Shown here piece after piece: positions 47,701 through 57,628 of a stretch of 58,181 nt of DNA. Origin of the DNA: an uncultured Verrucomicrobiota bacterium. GTDB taxonomy: Bacteria; Verrucomicrobiota; Kiritimatiellia; CAIKKV01; CAIJXV01. Position 1 is the stretch's first letter, and every line of letters begins with the position of its first letter. The notes under the pieces were generated by a model that worked only from the letters and a program-made list of their open reading frames with translations, was not told the origin of the DNA and did no database searches. The translations under genes were made by a program, and so were the position numbers. The stretch spans positions 1 to 58,181 of the forward strand of contig CAZCDO010000003.1 in assembly GCA_964497135.1 (NCBI GenBank). Reading direction: 5' to 3'.

Positions 47701-50700
47701 TTTCGGTGGCGGCGGTGTACACTTGGGATGCGCCGAGCAATGGGAACTGGACGGTGGGGATGAACTGGACGAATCGGAGTGCGCCGCCCGTGAACAGCCT
47801 GTCCATGATTTTGCAATTCGGCGTGGGCGGTTCGACGGCGCGCTATACGGCGACCAACAATAATGCCGGCTGGTTCGCGTTGAATCAGTTGGTCTTGACC
47901 AATGCCAATGCGGCGGCGACCAACGCCCTGATGGGCAACGGCTTGGAATTCTGGAACACCGGCGCGGGGCTGGAACAGGGCGGCGCGGGGCCGATGATCA
48001 TCAGCAATGCGGTGAATTTGCGGGCCGATCTCGCCTTGTCCGGCAACGGCTCCGGCGCAGTCACGTTGGCCGGAGCGATCGGCGGGACCGGCACCTTGAC
48101 CAAGACGGGCAGTTCGACGGTGATCCTGCCGATCTCGAACAACTTCTCCGGTGTGGCGACAGTCAATGGCGCGGGCGGGGTCTTGCGCATGGATAATGTG
48201 AATGCCTTGGGGACAAACTCCTTTGCGGTGAACAGCGGTACGTTATGGGGCACCGTCGATTTCTCCCTGGGGGTGGGCAGTCCGTACCGAACGGCCCAGG
48301 TGGCGGGGTCGGGTGCTGTGTGGAGCAATTCCCTCGGTTTGACTCTGGGTACGAACGGGTTGATTACCGTGGATAATGGCGGACGGTTGGCATGCGGCCT
48401 GTTGACCGTAGCCCATGCGGGGGTGCCCAACACCGGCTTGATCGTGACCAACGGCGGACAGCTTTTCAGCCGGGGCGCGACCGTGGTGGGCACGACCACC
48501 TCGAACAACACCGTGCTGGTTACCGGTACGGATGCGCTATGGAATCACGCGAATTCCAATCTCACCATCGGTGCGGGGAGTTACACGAACAGCCAACTCC
48601 GGATCGATCAGGCTGGCTCGGTTTTGAATGTGGGCACATTGACCGTCACGCCGAGCAACGACTTGGTATTGCTGGGCGGGACCCTGACGGCGTCGAACCT
48701 GATGAGCACCAAAGGTTCGTTGTTGACCGTGGGTAACGGGGTTCAAGCGGTTGCGCTGGGGATATTGGGCGGATCTTGGACAAACACCGCGGGGATTTTG
48801 GTGCAGAGCAACGCAACGGTTTCCGGGCGCGGACAGTTGACCGGCGCGAATGGCGGTTTAATTATCACCAATGGCTCTACCCTGATTCCAGGCTTGCCGG
48901 AGAGCGCGACGAACACGATGGGCACGATACTGCTCGGCAATTCCACCTGGTATGGCGGCATGACCCTGGACTTGAACGTGACCAATGTGGCCGGGACCAA
49001 CGGATCGGGGTGGGATCTGGTGCGGGTGGTCGGCAACCTCAACCTGATACCGAATGGCGGCAAATTAAAGATCAAATTGGACTCGTTGGGTGAAACGGTC
49101 GGTGGGTTTAACGCCAATACCGCCCGGGTGATCAACCTGGTCGATTTCACCACGGCTTCGGTCAGCACGAATGACATCGAGGTGGACACCAACAAGTTTT
49201 TGATCGGCAATAATTGGTTTCTGGAAGTGACCGCCACTGATATCCGCTATGTTTACCGGCGGGCGGAATCGGGCATTTATGTGGCGACCAATGGGAATAA
49301 TTCGGTGGGGACGAATTGGGTGACGGCCTTCACGACACTGTCGAATGCCCTGACCTATGTGCAGAATTATGACACGGTTTACGTGGCCGGCCAGACGTTC
49401 GGTATCACCTCGCAAGTCGCGTTGAGTGGGAGAGTGGGCGTGTCGATTCTCGGGGGGTATCAGGCCGCCGCCGGGGGGGCTTTGCCCGGGGCGAATGACC
49501 CGGTGACTTGGCCGACGGTTTTACAAAGGACGAATGGCAATACCCGGATTCTCTATCTCTCCGGGTTGACCAATGGCTTGATTAAAGATTTGACGGTGCG
49601 CGATGGGTCTATCACGGTCACAGCCTCGACGATAGCCGGCCCCGGAATTATGATGAATCAATGTCGGGCATTGACGTTGGATAATCTCATCATAACCAAT
49701 AATTATGCCGGTCATGCCAGTTATACTTCCGTAGGCGGCGGCCTTTATGCGGCAGCCAGCATCTTCACATTGACCAATTGCCTTATCACGATGAACACAC
49801 CTGCCGGGATTGGTAATTCCCGTTCAGATGGGGGCGGGGTTTACCTGGCATCGAGCGTGATGACCATGTCGAACTGTCGGGTGACGCGGAACCGGGCGTT
49901 GGGCGGATCGAACACCGGTTTGTCGCCCAATGGAGGGGGGCTTTATGTAGATGCGGGATCGACCGGCATGGTGATCCGGTCGGTTATCTCCATGAATCAA
50001 TCCGGGAATCAAGGGGGGGGGATTTACAATCTTGGGCGGCTGAACCTAATCAACGGCTTGGTTGATCACAACGATGCGCTGGCCGACAATGGAGATGGGC
50101 TGGGGTTGAATGGTGGGGTGGCCAACCTGTCGAACTGTACGATTGCCGATAATGGTGGGGTGGGGATCCTGTACTCGGCGGGAACCGTTTCCATCACGAA
50201 TTCGATTCTGTGGGGGCATTTGGATGATCTCAAGAATTTCCCCAATGACGGTCAAATTCCCGTGACGTTGTCGAACGTGTTTTATTCCTGCATCGGCAAC
50301 GGCGATAATAACGGGCGGCAGGGGTGTATTTCCATCGACCCGCAATTCGCGGACGCCCTCTATTATCATCTGCGCTCCATTCAAGAGCACTACACCGGCG
50401 GGTATTTCAGCGGAGGCTCCTGGACGACGGCGATCAGCAATAGTCCGGTGATCGACAAGGGCGATCCGGCGGCGGATTATTCGCTGGAGCCCACGCCGAA
50501 TGGCGGCCGGATCAATCTGGGCGCCTATGGCAATACGCCGGTGGCCTCGAAAACCGACATCACGACGGTGTTCACGGTCCCGGCGGTGGCCAATCTGGGC
50601 GCGACCGTTTGCGGTCATCGGACGGCCCGGTTGAATGGGCAGGTGACGGCGACGGGGGGACAGACGCCGGAAGTGCGGTTCTACTACTGGATCACGGGCA

Positions 50701-53700
50701 ATGCCTCGACCTCCATGGTGAGCGCGGGGTTGCGGGATGTAGCTGTGGCGTATGATGTGGCCGGACTGACGCCCGGCAGCGCGTACGAATATTACCTGAC
50801 GGCCTCCAATGTGGCCGGGGTGTCCACCTCGTTGGTTGCGGCGTTTTCGACCCACGGCGGCGGCGCGGCCCTTTATGTCTCGACCAACGGGAGCAACACC
50901 GCGGGAACGAGCTGGTCGACGGCGTATACCAACTTGCAGGAGGCGATCGATATTATCGAGGACGGCGACACGGTCCATCTGGCCGGACACACCTTTGCGC
51001 GATCGCCCGGTTTCCAGCAGTCGAGTTTGTGGACCTGGTCGGGCGACAGCGGGGTCACCGTCATCGGCGGTTACCAGGCGACCAGCGACGTGGGATTGCC
51101 CGGCGCCAACGATCCACTCCAGTGGCCGACCGTGCTGACCCTCGCCAGCAGCACGGCGCGAATCGTCGCTTTCGCGAATTTAACCAATTGTACCTTGCGG
51201 CGTGTGACGATCCGCAATGGTTTTTTCAACACAGCGGCCGCTGTGGACGGCGTGGGAATGCATTTAACGAGTAGCCGGGGATTCATTCTGGACCAGTGTG
51301 TCTTTACAAACAATATCGCCTATGGAACGACGATTAGGGGGGGAGGCTTGTTTGTCGCTGCCAGTTCTGTATTCATGACGAATTGCCTGTTCACGAAAAA
51401 CAGAGCCCTTGCCAATGGCAATTCGCGAGGATTGGGTGGAGGCCTGTTTGTGAATTCGGGATCGATAACGATGGTTTTGTGCCGGGTTGAGAATAATACT
51501 GCGGAGCATGCCAATAATCCTGGCGGGCCATGGCCATCTGGCGGCGGCATATACGTTGATGCGTCTGCCACCGGCGTTCTTATTCGGACGGTGGTGAGGG
51601 GTAATTACGTCTCTTATTATGGCACTTCAGTCTGTGGTGGAGGCGGAATCTTCAGTTATGGATCGCTCCTGCTTCAGAACTGTTTGATTTTTGGCAACAA
51701 CGACGCCGGCGACCTGGCTGACGGGATCTATGCCGCCGGCGGTGCTATGCGTATCCAGAATTGCACCGTGGCTCACAATAGTGGCGGGGTCGGAATCATG
51801 TATAATGCCGGCGGCACCATTGGAATAACAAATAGTATTATTTGGGGTCACAGCGATGACTTGAAGAATTTCCCCAACAACGCCGGAACCCTGTCGAATG
51901 TGGCCTATTGCATCATCAAGGACGGCGATAATTCCGGAATCGATGGATGCATCAGTTTGGATCCGCTGTTTATCGATGCCAATTATTACCACGTTCATTC
52001 CCAACAAGGCCAATATACCAATGGGTTCTTCAGTGGCGGGGGATGGGGCGTAGGATTGTCCAACAGTCCGGCGATCGATCAGGGCGATCCGGCGAGCGAT
52101 TACACCAATGAGCCCGCCCCGCGCGGCGACGCGATCAACCTGGGAGCCTACGGCAATACCGAAGTCGCATCCATGACCCTTTCGGTGGTTGCCAATCCGG
52201 CGGTTGTCACCAATTATGGCGCGACGGTCTGGGGTCATCGGACGGTCCGGCTGAACGGCGAAGTGCTCGATACGGGCGGCGACATTCCCACCGCCGGCTT
52301 CCTCTATTGGGAGGTCGGGAACAGTGTTACCTCCATGGTTTCGGAAGGGCTGAAAACCGCCGGATTCGGGTCGGATGTGATCGGGTTGACGCCGGCTAGC
52401 GACTATGAATTTGTCGCCTATGCCAGCAATTCCGCGGGCTTGGTCCTGTCCAATCCGAGGACCTTCTCCACCCACCCGACGCCGTCGAGCCTGTATGTTT
52501 CGACCAATGGGAACAATACGGCGGGGACGAGCTGGACGACGGCGTATACCAATCTGCAGGAGGCGTTCGACAATGTCGAAGCCGGAGATACGATTTATCT
52601 GGCCGGGCAGGCCTTCTCGAATAATCCGGGATTTGCGCAGACCGACATTTGGACCCTGCGCGGCAAGAGCAATATTGTGGTCATCGGCGGCTATGCGGCC
52701 ACCAATGATGCCGTTCTTCCGGGCGCTAACGATCCGCAACAATGGCCCACCCGTTTAACCCGGATGAGTTCCACGCAAGCACGCATCCTTCGGTTGAGCG
52801 GTGTGACCAACAGCTTGATTTCCAAGTTGCGGATTATGAATGGTTATTGGAGCGGCGGGAACGGAACCATTTATGCCATGGGGATTTACATCGACAACTC
52901 GGCGGGGTTGTCCCTGCAGGATTGTGTGATCACCAATATCACCATGTCGAGCGGTCCCAGCTACGGTGGCGCAATGTATATAACCGGCAGTTCGGTGGTT
53001 ATGTCCAATGGCGTGATTGACACGGTGTCTTGTTGGAATGGCAACAATGGCGGGGTCTCATACGGGGCGGGCATTTTCCTGAATTCGGGAACGATGACCG
53101 TTTCGGATACCACGATCCGCAATTGCCAGATCGGCGTGAATAATGGCGGAACACCCTATGGGGGCGCCATCTTTGTGAATTCCGGAGCCCGCTTGAACCT
53201 CTATCGAAGCGTCCTGAAATCTAACCGGTCCAATTGGACCACGGGCAATGGTTACGGCGGCGGGATTTACAACGCCGGAACCAGTTGGGTCGAAAATTGT
53301 CTGATTTTCACCAATGGAACGGCCGCCAATCAATATGGCGGCGGCATTCAATCGGACGGAACAATGACGATCTTGAACTCCACAATCGCCAACAACCGGT
53401 TCGAGGGAATTCGGGTCAGTGGCGGAACTTTGGCCGTCACCAACTCCATCATCTGGGGCAATGGCGTTGATCTGACCGGAACGATGAGCGTGGCGTATTG
53501 TGATATCGGGACCGCGAACGCCTTCTGGACCAATGGGGTCAATGGATGTTTGTCGCAGAATCCCCTGTTTGTGGACACCACCTATTATCATCTCCAGTCC
53601 CGTGCGGGCCACTACGTGGGCGGGTATTTCAGCGGCGGAAGCTGGAGTTCATCGATCGATAATGACAGTCCCTGTATTGACGCGGGTGACCCGACCAGTC

Positions 53701-53816
53701 CCTACAGTCTGGAACCCGCGCCCAACGGCCGGCTGATCAATCTGGGGGCATATGGCAACACGCCCGTGGCGTCCAAGAAATTGACGCCGACCGGATCGAT
53801 CTTTACGGTCAATTGA
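44763..53816 (+). CDS. Giant (3017 aa) secreted/surface beta-helical repeat protein
   Basis: Signal peptide; many NxLxITNGG and GxxWN repeats; autotransporter-associated-like GTLTKTG; three YVxTNG...INLGAYGNT modules with FN3-like spacers. Confidence 0.85.
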   Translation: MNAYPFERYWKWAAVIALIGMVTGTQAANQYWDSATDAGYQHGTGVWSTADANWTANGGAPLAVWAQTNRAVFASTDGSASRITVNSGTILATGLVFTGNGYTLIVTNGATVSNGTLAVSMIGGANRIEMAGGATAAYWKNPTTLNIGLTNGNNAFWVDGLGTAGSAWATNGGVMTVGNGTGSDGNRLVVTNGGYLFNGNAVYVGFPSTNNSVEVTGGGSTWNLGGQLMTVGRTAGANGNRLTIDGQGTAGGARVTNMTSLVVGLMGASENVLTIKNGGYLFSGTPYVMVGATSSYNRVTVAGGGALWNAGAQTLYIGYTMATGNVLTIDGLGVAGGAKVTNVLQMVLGSGVTGNGLNRLVITNGGNLFSASTLSYLGNYSISNSAEISGGGALWNLGGAILTIGRAGGVGNRLLIDGQGVSGGAQVTNLAAIVVGDMLGGRENELVITNGGHLVNTANLTVGYTSSYNRLTVVGPGSLCRLGANYLFVGDAGSTGNVLTIDGLGVAGGAVVTNGTLMRVGNAAGANFNRMVITNGGALYHSGMAYVGQASFSNSAEVTGGGALWNLGAQALVVGHATGGNGNRLAIDGQGVAGGARVTNVAALTVGNLASNAFNEMVITNGGQLFTTGAALIGYTSSYNRVSVAGTGSVWHLNGQTLTLGRGTTATTGNVLTVDGQGVAAGALVTNAGAITVGSLAGSVFNELTITNGGRVYSRGTSVIGSTASNNTARVIGAGSVWDHGGSNLTIGTAGYLENALVIDQGGSVLNVGTLTVLATNDLILSGGTLTATNITSGLQTEFVVGDGTQAASLGGLGGGILSFPQGLFVNSNAQLTGQGVVTGGNAGVILTNGAAIAPGLAGAGSLTIRGSNLVWRGGATYRCDITNLATGPGVGWDVLNVSSQLVMTGEGLCRISVESQGQATAGYLPGSDYNILIMTLGDMSGLDLGKISLRTNDFANPANGTWGVTNFGTSVDLAYRAAVSVAAVYTWDAPSNGNWTVGMNWTNRSAPPVNSLSMILQFGVGGSTARYTATNNNAGWFALNQLVLTNANAAATNALMGNGLEFWNTGAGLEQGGAGPMIISNAVNLRADLALSGNGSGAVTLAGAIGGTGTLTKTGSSTVILPISNNFSGVATVNGAGGVLRMDNVNALGTNSFAVNSGTLWGTVDFSLGVGSPYRTAQVAGSGAVWSNSLGLTLGTNGLITVDNGGRLACGLLTVAHAGVPNTGLIVTNGGQLFSRGATVVGTTTSNNTVLVTGTDALWNHANSNLTIGAGSYTNSQLRIDQAGSVLNVGTLTVTPSNDLVLLGGTLTASNLMSTKGSLLTVGNGVQAVALGILGGSWTNTAGILVQSNATVSGRGQLTGANGGLIITNGSTLIPGLPESATNTMGTILLGNSTWYGGMTLDLNVTNVAGTNGSGWDLVRVVGNLNLIPNGGKLKIKLDSLGETVGGFNANTARVINLVDFTTASVSTNDIEVDTNKFLIGNNWFLEVTATDIRYVYRRAESGIYVATNGNNSVGTNWVTAFTTLSNALTYVQNYDTVYVAGQTFGITSQVALSGRVGVSILGGYQAAAGGALPGANDPVTWPTVLQRTNGNTRILYLSGLTNGLIKDLTVRDGSITVTASTIAGPGIMMNQCRALTLDNLIITNNYAGHASYTSVGGGLYAAASIFTLTNCLITMNTPAGIGNSRSDGGGVYLASSVMTMSNCRVTRNRALGGSNTGLSPNGGGLYVDAGSTGMVIRSVISMNQSGNQGGGIYNLGRLNLINGLVDHNDALADNGDGLGLNGGVANLSNCTIADNGGVGILYSAGTVSITNSILWGHLDDLKNFPNDGQIPVTLSNVFYSCIGNGDNNGRQGCISIDPQFADALYYHLRSIQEHYTGGYFSGGSWTTAISNSPVIDKGDPAADYSLEPTPNGGRINLGAYGNTPVASKTDITTVFTVPAVANLGATVCGHRTARLNGQVTATGGQTPEVRFYYWITGNASTSMVSAGLRDVAVAYDVAGLTPGSAYEYYLTASNVAGVSTSLVAAFSTHGGGAALYVSTNGSNTAGTSWSTAYTNLQEAIDIIEDGDTVHLAGHTFARSPGFQQSSLWTWSGDSGVTVIGGYQATSDVGLPGANDPLQWPTVLTLASSTARIVAFANLTNCTLRRVTIRNGFFNTAAAVDGVGMHLTSSRGFILDQCVFTNNIAYGTTIRGGGLFVAASSVFMTNCLFTKNRALANGNSRGLGGGLFVNSGSITMVLCRVENNTAEHANNPGGPWPSGGGIYVDASATGVLIRTVVRGNYVSYYGTSVCGGGGIFSYGSLLLQNCLIFGNNDAGDLADGIYAAGGAMRIQNCTVAHNSGGVGIMYNAGGTIGITNSIIWGHSDDLKNFPNNAGTLSNVAYCIIKDGDNSGIDGCISLDPLFIDANYYHVHSQQGQYTNGFFSGGGWGVGLSNSPAIDQGDPASDYTNEPAPRGDAINLGAYGNTEVASMTLSVVANPAVVTNYGATVWGHRTVRLNGEVLDTGGDIPTAGFLYWEVGNSVTSMVSEGLKTAGFGSDVIGLTPASDYEFVAYASNSAGLVLSNPRTFSTHPTPSSLYVSTNGNNTAGTSWTTAYTNLQEAFDNVEAGDTIYLAGQAFSNNPGFAQTDIWTLRGKSNIVVIGGYAATNDAVLPGANDPQQWPTRLTRMSSTQARILRLSGVTNSLISKLRIMNGYWSGGNGTIYAMGIYIDNSAGLSLQDCVITNITMSSGPSYGGAMYITGSSVVMSNGVIDTVSCWNGNNGGVSYGAGIFLNSGTMTVSDTTIRNCQIGVNNGGTPYGGAIFVNSGARLNLYRSVLKSNRSNWTTGNGYGGGIYNAGTSWVENCLIFTNGTAANQYGGGIQSDGTMTILNSTIANNRFEGIRVSGGTLAVTNSIIWGNGVDLTGTMSVAYCDIGTANAFWTNGVNGCLSQNPLFVDTTYYHLQSRAGHYVGGYFSGGSWSSSIDNDSPCIDAGDPTSPYSLEPAPNGRLINLGAYGNTPVASKKLTPTGSIFTVN

Positions 53817-53894
53817 TTGAGGTTCATTCTGGATCAGTGTGGGTCATTGAGGTTCGTGAGTGTTTCTCAGTCATCGAAAGGTGGAAAAGAGACA

Positions 53895-54102
53895 TCTCAC
53901 GCAAAGCCGCAGAGCCCGCCAAGGTCCGGGTCGCCACGAAGAGCCGCCCCGCAACGGGCCGGGGTTTCGCGCCGACCGTTTGCCATTAGGCTGGGCTTTC
54001 TTCTTCACCGGAGAACCGGACGCGCGAGGTACGATCCCGTTGCGGGAGCGCTCGTCGCGCGGCCCTGTTTCCCCTCCGCGTCTTTGCGAGCTCCGCGTGA
54101 AA
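53895..54102 (+). mobile_element. ~210-bp MITE-like element, copy 1
   Basis: Ends tctcacgcaaagccgcagag and ctttgcgagctccgcgtgaaa; interior homologous to the reverse complement of 55084-55299. Confidence 0.65.
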
Positions 54103-54236
54103 TTCCCTTACTTCATGCAAAACGCCAACGGACACGACGAAGCGTGTCCCTCAGTTTGCGAAACGGTCTATTTCCCGGTTTTCCGGAGGGTCACTCTTCG
54201 TCTTTATTGATCGGCGGTTATCTTCCGTTTCGAAAA

Positions 54237-54295
54237 GGTAGGGCGCGCTCTCCGAGCAAGCCGCCGCCCGGCTCCCTCGGAGAGGTCGCCCCACC
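54237..54295. repeat. GTAG-type REP doublet
   Basis: ggtagggcgcgctctccgagcaagccg...cggctccctcggagaggtcgccccacc; homologous to 57476-57558. Confidence 0.75.
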
Positions 54296-54434
54296 TTCCA
54301 TCTCGACACGGTGCGGAATGATGCTGTCGCTGTACTCGGTGGGCCTGCCTATTCTCCTTGCGTTGTTTTAGGGAAAGCTGGTTAAATACCAAACCAATAC
54401 GGGCGGTGGGGTGCGCCCAAACAAGGAGGATTCT

Positions 54435-55025
54435 ATGAAGGCTACCTGGATTGTTCTCGGCATTGTGGTGGTGTTGTTTCTCTTCGCGATCGGGATTTAT
54501 AACCGGCTGGTCGCCCTGCGCAACCGTTTCAAAAATGCCTTCTCCCAGATCGATGTCCAACTCAAGCGCCGCTACGATCTGATTCCGAACCTGGTGGAGA
54601 CCGCCAAGGGCTATCTCCAGCATGAACGCGGGACCCTGGAAGCGGTGATCGCCGCGCGAAACCAGGCGTCAGCGGCCAGCTCGCGCGCGGCGGCCAATCC
54701 CGGCGATCCGTCGGCCATGCAGGGCTTGATGGGCGCCGAAACCGCGTTGACTGGAACCTTGGGCCGGTTCTTCGCCCTGGCCGAAGCCTATCCCGATCTG
54801 AAGGCCAATCAGACCATGATGCAACTGTCCGAGGAGCTGACCTCCACGGAAAACAAGGTGGCCTTTGCGCGACAGGCCTTCAACGATTCGGTCATGGAAT
54901 ACAATACCGCGCGGGAAACCTTCCCGAATGTGGTCCTGGCCGGGATGTTCGGTTTCCAGCCCGCCCAATTGTTCGAAATCTCCGCCCCCGCCGAACGTGA
55001 GGCGCCCAAGGTTTCTTTTAAGTAA
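54435..55025 (+). CDS. lemA: LemA family protein
   Basis: YNRLV, IDVQLKRRYDLIPNLV, EAYPDLKAN, TENKVAFARQ. Confidence 0.95.
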   Translation: MKATWIVLGIVVVLFLFAIGIYNRLVALRNRFKNAFSQIDVQLKRRYDLIPNLVETAKGYLQHERGTLEAVIAARNQASAASSRAAANPGDPSAMQGLMGAETALTGTLGRFFALAEAYPDLKANQTMMQLSEELTSTENKVAFARQAFNDSVMEYNTARETFPNVVLAGMFGFQPAQLFEISAPAEREAPKVSFK

Positions 55026-55083
55026 TCCAGGATGAAGCGGGGCTTCGTCCCCAACCTTACAGAGAGGAGACCTAATCGATTAT

Positions 55084-55299
55084 TCTCACGCAAAGCCGCA
55101 GAGGTCGGGAGGACTGGGGATTCCGAAGGGCTGTGCGGTGAGCGCTCCCGGGACGGGATCGTGCACCGCGCATCCGCTTCCCGTTTTTTTATGACGTTAC
55201 GGAAGGCACACGATCAGCCGCGCGAGGCACCCGCCGGCTTGGCGGTGGGCTCGTCGCGCGGCTCGGTTGAACTTGGCGTGCTCAGCGGCTTTGCGTGAG
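55084..55299 (-). mobile_element. ~215-bp MITE-like element, copy 2 (inverted)
   Basis: TIRs ctcacgcaaagccgcagag and ctcagcggctttgcgtgag; shared interior acgatcccgtNNcgggagcgctc. Confidence 0.65.
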
Positions 55300-55332
55300 G
55301 AAAATCGGGTAAGCGAGGTCTCCTTTAACCAC

Positions 55333-57306
55333 ATGAATTTTTTTGAACACCAGGAAATTGCGCGTCGGCGCACTTCGGAACTGATCGCCTATTATGTGCT
55401 TGCGGTCATCTTGATCGTGCTGGCCATTTATGCGGTCACCCTGGCGCTGCTCAACTGGGGTACCAGCGCCGATGGGGAATTCCGGGTCAGCCGCCTCTGG
55501 GTCCCAGAATTATTCCTCGGAGTGGCTGGAGCGGTCCTGGTGGTTATTGTCGTTGGCACTTTGTATAAAATCGCGGCCTTGTCGCACGGCGGAGGGGCGG
55601 CGGTCGCTGGAATGCTGGGGGGCACCCCGGTTCCGGCCAATACGCGCGATTTTGAACTGCGACGGCTGCTGAACGTCGTTGAAGAAATGGCCCTTGCGGC
55701 CGGTGTTCCCGTGCCGCAAGTATTCGTCTTGGAAGAGGAGGAGGGGATTAATGCCTTCGCCGCGGGTTTTACCCCGGCGGATGCCGTGATCGGGGTGACC
55801 CGGGGCTGTCTCAAGGCCTTGAATCGCGATGAACTCCAGGCGGTGATGGCCCATGAATTCAGCCATATTCTCAATGGGGATATGCGTCTGAATTTGCGCC
55901 TAATCGGGGTGCTGCACGGCATCCTGATCATTGCCTTGCTCGGGTATGGGCTTTTCCGGGTAATGTTACACAGCGGCTCCAGCCGGGGAAGCCGATCTTC
56001 CTCCCGCGAAAAAAAAGAGGGCGGCGGATTGGGAATCGCGCTGTTGCTGTTCGGGCTGGCGCTGATGGCGATCGGATATATCGGCGTCTTTTTCGGCAAG
56101 CTGATCAAGAGCGCCGTATCCCGTCAGCGCGAATTTCTGGCGGATGCCTCGTCGGTTCAATTCACCCGGAATCCGCCCGGCTTGGCGGGGGCGCTCAAGA
56201 AGATCGCCGGGTATCAGCCGGCGGGGCGGATTATGAACCAGCGGGCGGAGGAAGCCAGTCACCTTTTTTTTGCCAACGGTCTCGCCGCCGGCTGGATTTC
56301 GCTGATGGCGACGCATCCGCCCCTGGAGGAGCGGATCCGGCGGCTCGATCCGTCCTTTGACGGGCAGATCCCCCAATTCGACGGGAGCGATTCAGAGGCG
56401 AACCCGGAGGATGCGGTCAGCGCTTTAGCCGGCAGCCGGCGACCGGCGATGCCCCCGCCGATTCCTGGGGCGACCCGCAAGCTCCGTTTGGCGCCGGGTC
56501 AATTGACGGCGCAGGTGGGGGTTATGGATGCCGAGCATCTGGACCAGGCGGCCCGTCTGTTGGCCGGACTGCCGGTCCGGGTCCGCGAACGGGTTCGCGA
56601 GGCCGAAGGCGCCCAGGCGCTGGTGTTGAGCCTGCTGATCGGCGCCGAGCCGGCTTTGCGGGCCCGGCAGTTGGATTATGTGGCCGCCCGGGATGTGAGG
56701 CTCCAGGCCACAGTACGGGAAACTCTGGGGGACCTGGCCCAACTGCCGGCGGAAATGCGAATGCCGCTGGTCGACCTGTCGTTTGGCGCGCTTCGTGGAT
56801 TAAGCCCGGAACAATATGAGCCGTTTCGGGAAACGGTGCTGGCTTTGGCCGGGATGGATCAGGCCATCGATCTGTTCGAATATGCCCTGATGCGCTCCAT
56901 GGTCCGGCGGTTGGATCCGTTGTATCGCAAGGTCAAACGCCCGACAATTCAATATTATGACCTGACGGGGGTGACGGCGGAGGTCGCCGATTTGCTGGCG
57001 ATGCTGGCCTGGACGGGGGCCGCTTCGCCGACCGTTGCGGAGGATGCCTTTCAGAAGGGGTTGGCGGTTTTGAATGCGAAAGGGACCGTTCTGCCGGAAG
57101 CGGCGGCCTGCACTTTGGAACGGTTGGATCAGGCGCTGGAGAAGATGTTGACCGCGAGCCTGCCGGTGCGGGGTCGGGTATTGGAAGCCTGTGCGGCGTG
57201 TGTGGCCCACGATGGTGAGGTGACGGTCGAGGAGGGCGAACTGCTTCGAGCCATCGCCGATTCGATGGAATGTCCGGTGCCTCCCATGTTACAATCGGCG
57301 GCGTGA
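55333..57306 (+). CDS. M48/HtpX-like membrane zinc metallopeptidase with C-terminal extension
   Basis: INAFAAG, HEFSH, SRQREFLAD, THPP; follows lemA. Confidence 0.9.
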   Translation: MNFFEHQEIARRRTSELIAYYVLAVILIVLAIYAVTLALLNWGTSADGEFRVSRLWVPELFLGVAGAVLVVIVVGTLYKIAALSHGGGAAVAGMLGGTPVPANTRDFELRRLLNVVEEMALAAGVPVPQVFVLEEEEGINAFAAGFTPADAVIGVTRGCLKALNRDELQAVMAHEFSHILNGDMRLNLRLIGVLHGILIIALLGYGLFRVMLHSGSSRGSRSSSREKKEGGGLGIALLLFGLALMAIGYIGVFFGKLIKSAVSRQREFLADASSVQFTRNPPGLAGALKKIAGYQPAGRIMNQRAEEASHLFFANGLAAGWISLMATHPPLEERIRRLDPSFDGQIPQFDGSDSEANPEDAVSALAGSRRPAMPPPIPGATRKLRLAPGQLTAQVGVMDAEHLDQAARLLAGLPVRVRERVREAEGAQALVLSLLIGAEPALRARQLDYVAARDVRLQATVRETLGDLAQLPAEMRMPLVDLSFGALRGLSPEQYEPFRETVLALAGMDQAIDLFEYALMRSMVRRLDPLYRKVKRPTIQYYDLTGVTAEVADLLAMLAWTGAASPTVAEDAFQKGLAVLNAKGTVLPEAAACTLERLDQALEKMLTASLPVRGRVLEACAACVAHDGEVTVEEGELLRAIADSMECPVPPMLQSAA

Positions 57307-57475
57307 TCGGCAGGGCGACTCGACCGGCGGTGGCCGGCGGATCACAAAGGATCCCCCCTCACCCTGCCCTCCCCCTCGCCGGGGGGGAAGAGCCAAGCGG
57401 AAGGCGTGTCGATGACGATTCGGTTAATCCCTCCGCCGGGGGGAGGCAGCCATGCGCAAAGGCGAAGAGCAAAAA

Positions 57476-57558
57476 GGTAGGGCGAGATCTCCGAGCGAGC
57501 CGTTCCAGACGCGTCGGCGTGGAGCAGAAGACGGCTCCGTCGGAGACGTCGCCCTACC
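57476..57558. repeat. GTAG-type REP doublet
   Basis: ggtagggcgagatctccgagcgagccg...cggctccgtcggagacgtcgccctacc. Confidence 0.8.
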
Positions 57559-57628
57559 GGTGGTCGAGGGTCGGATGAAAATCGGCGATTATCGATTTAT
57601 GGGTAGAGTCCGTCAAAAGGAGATACGC

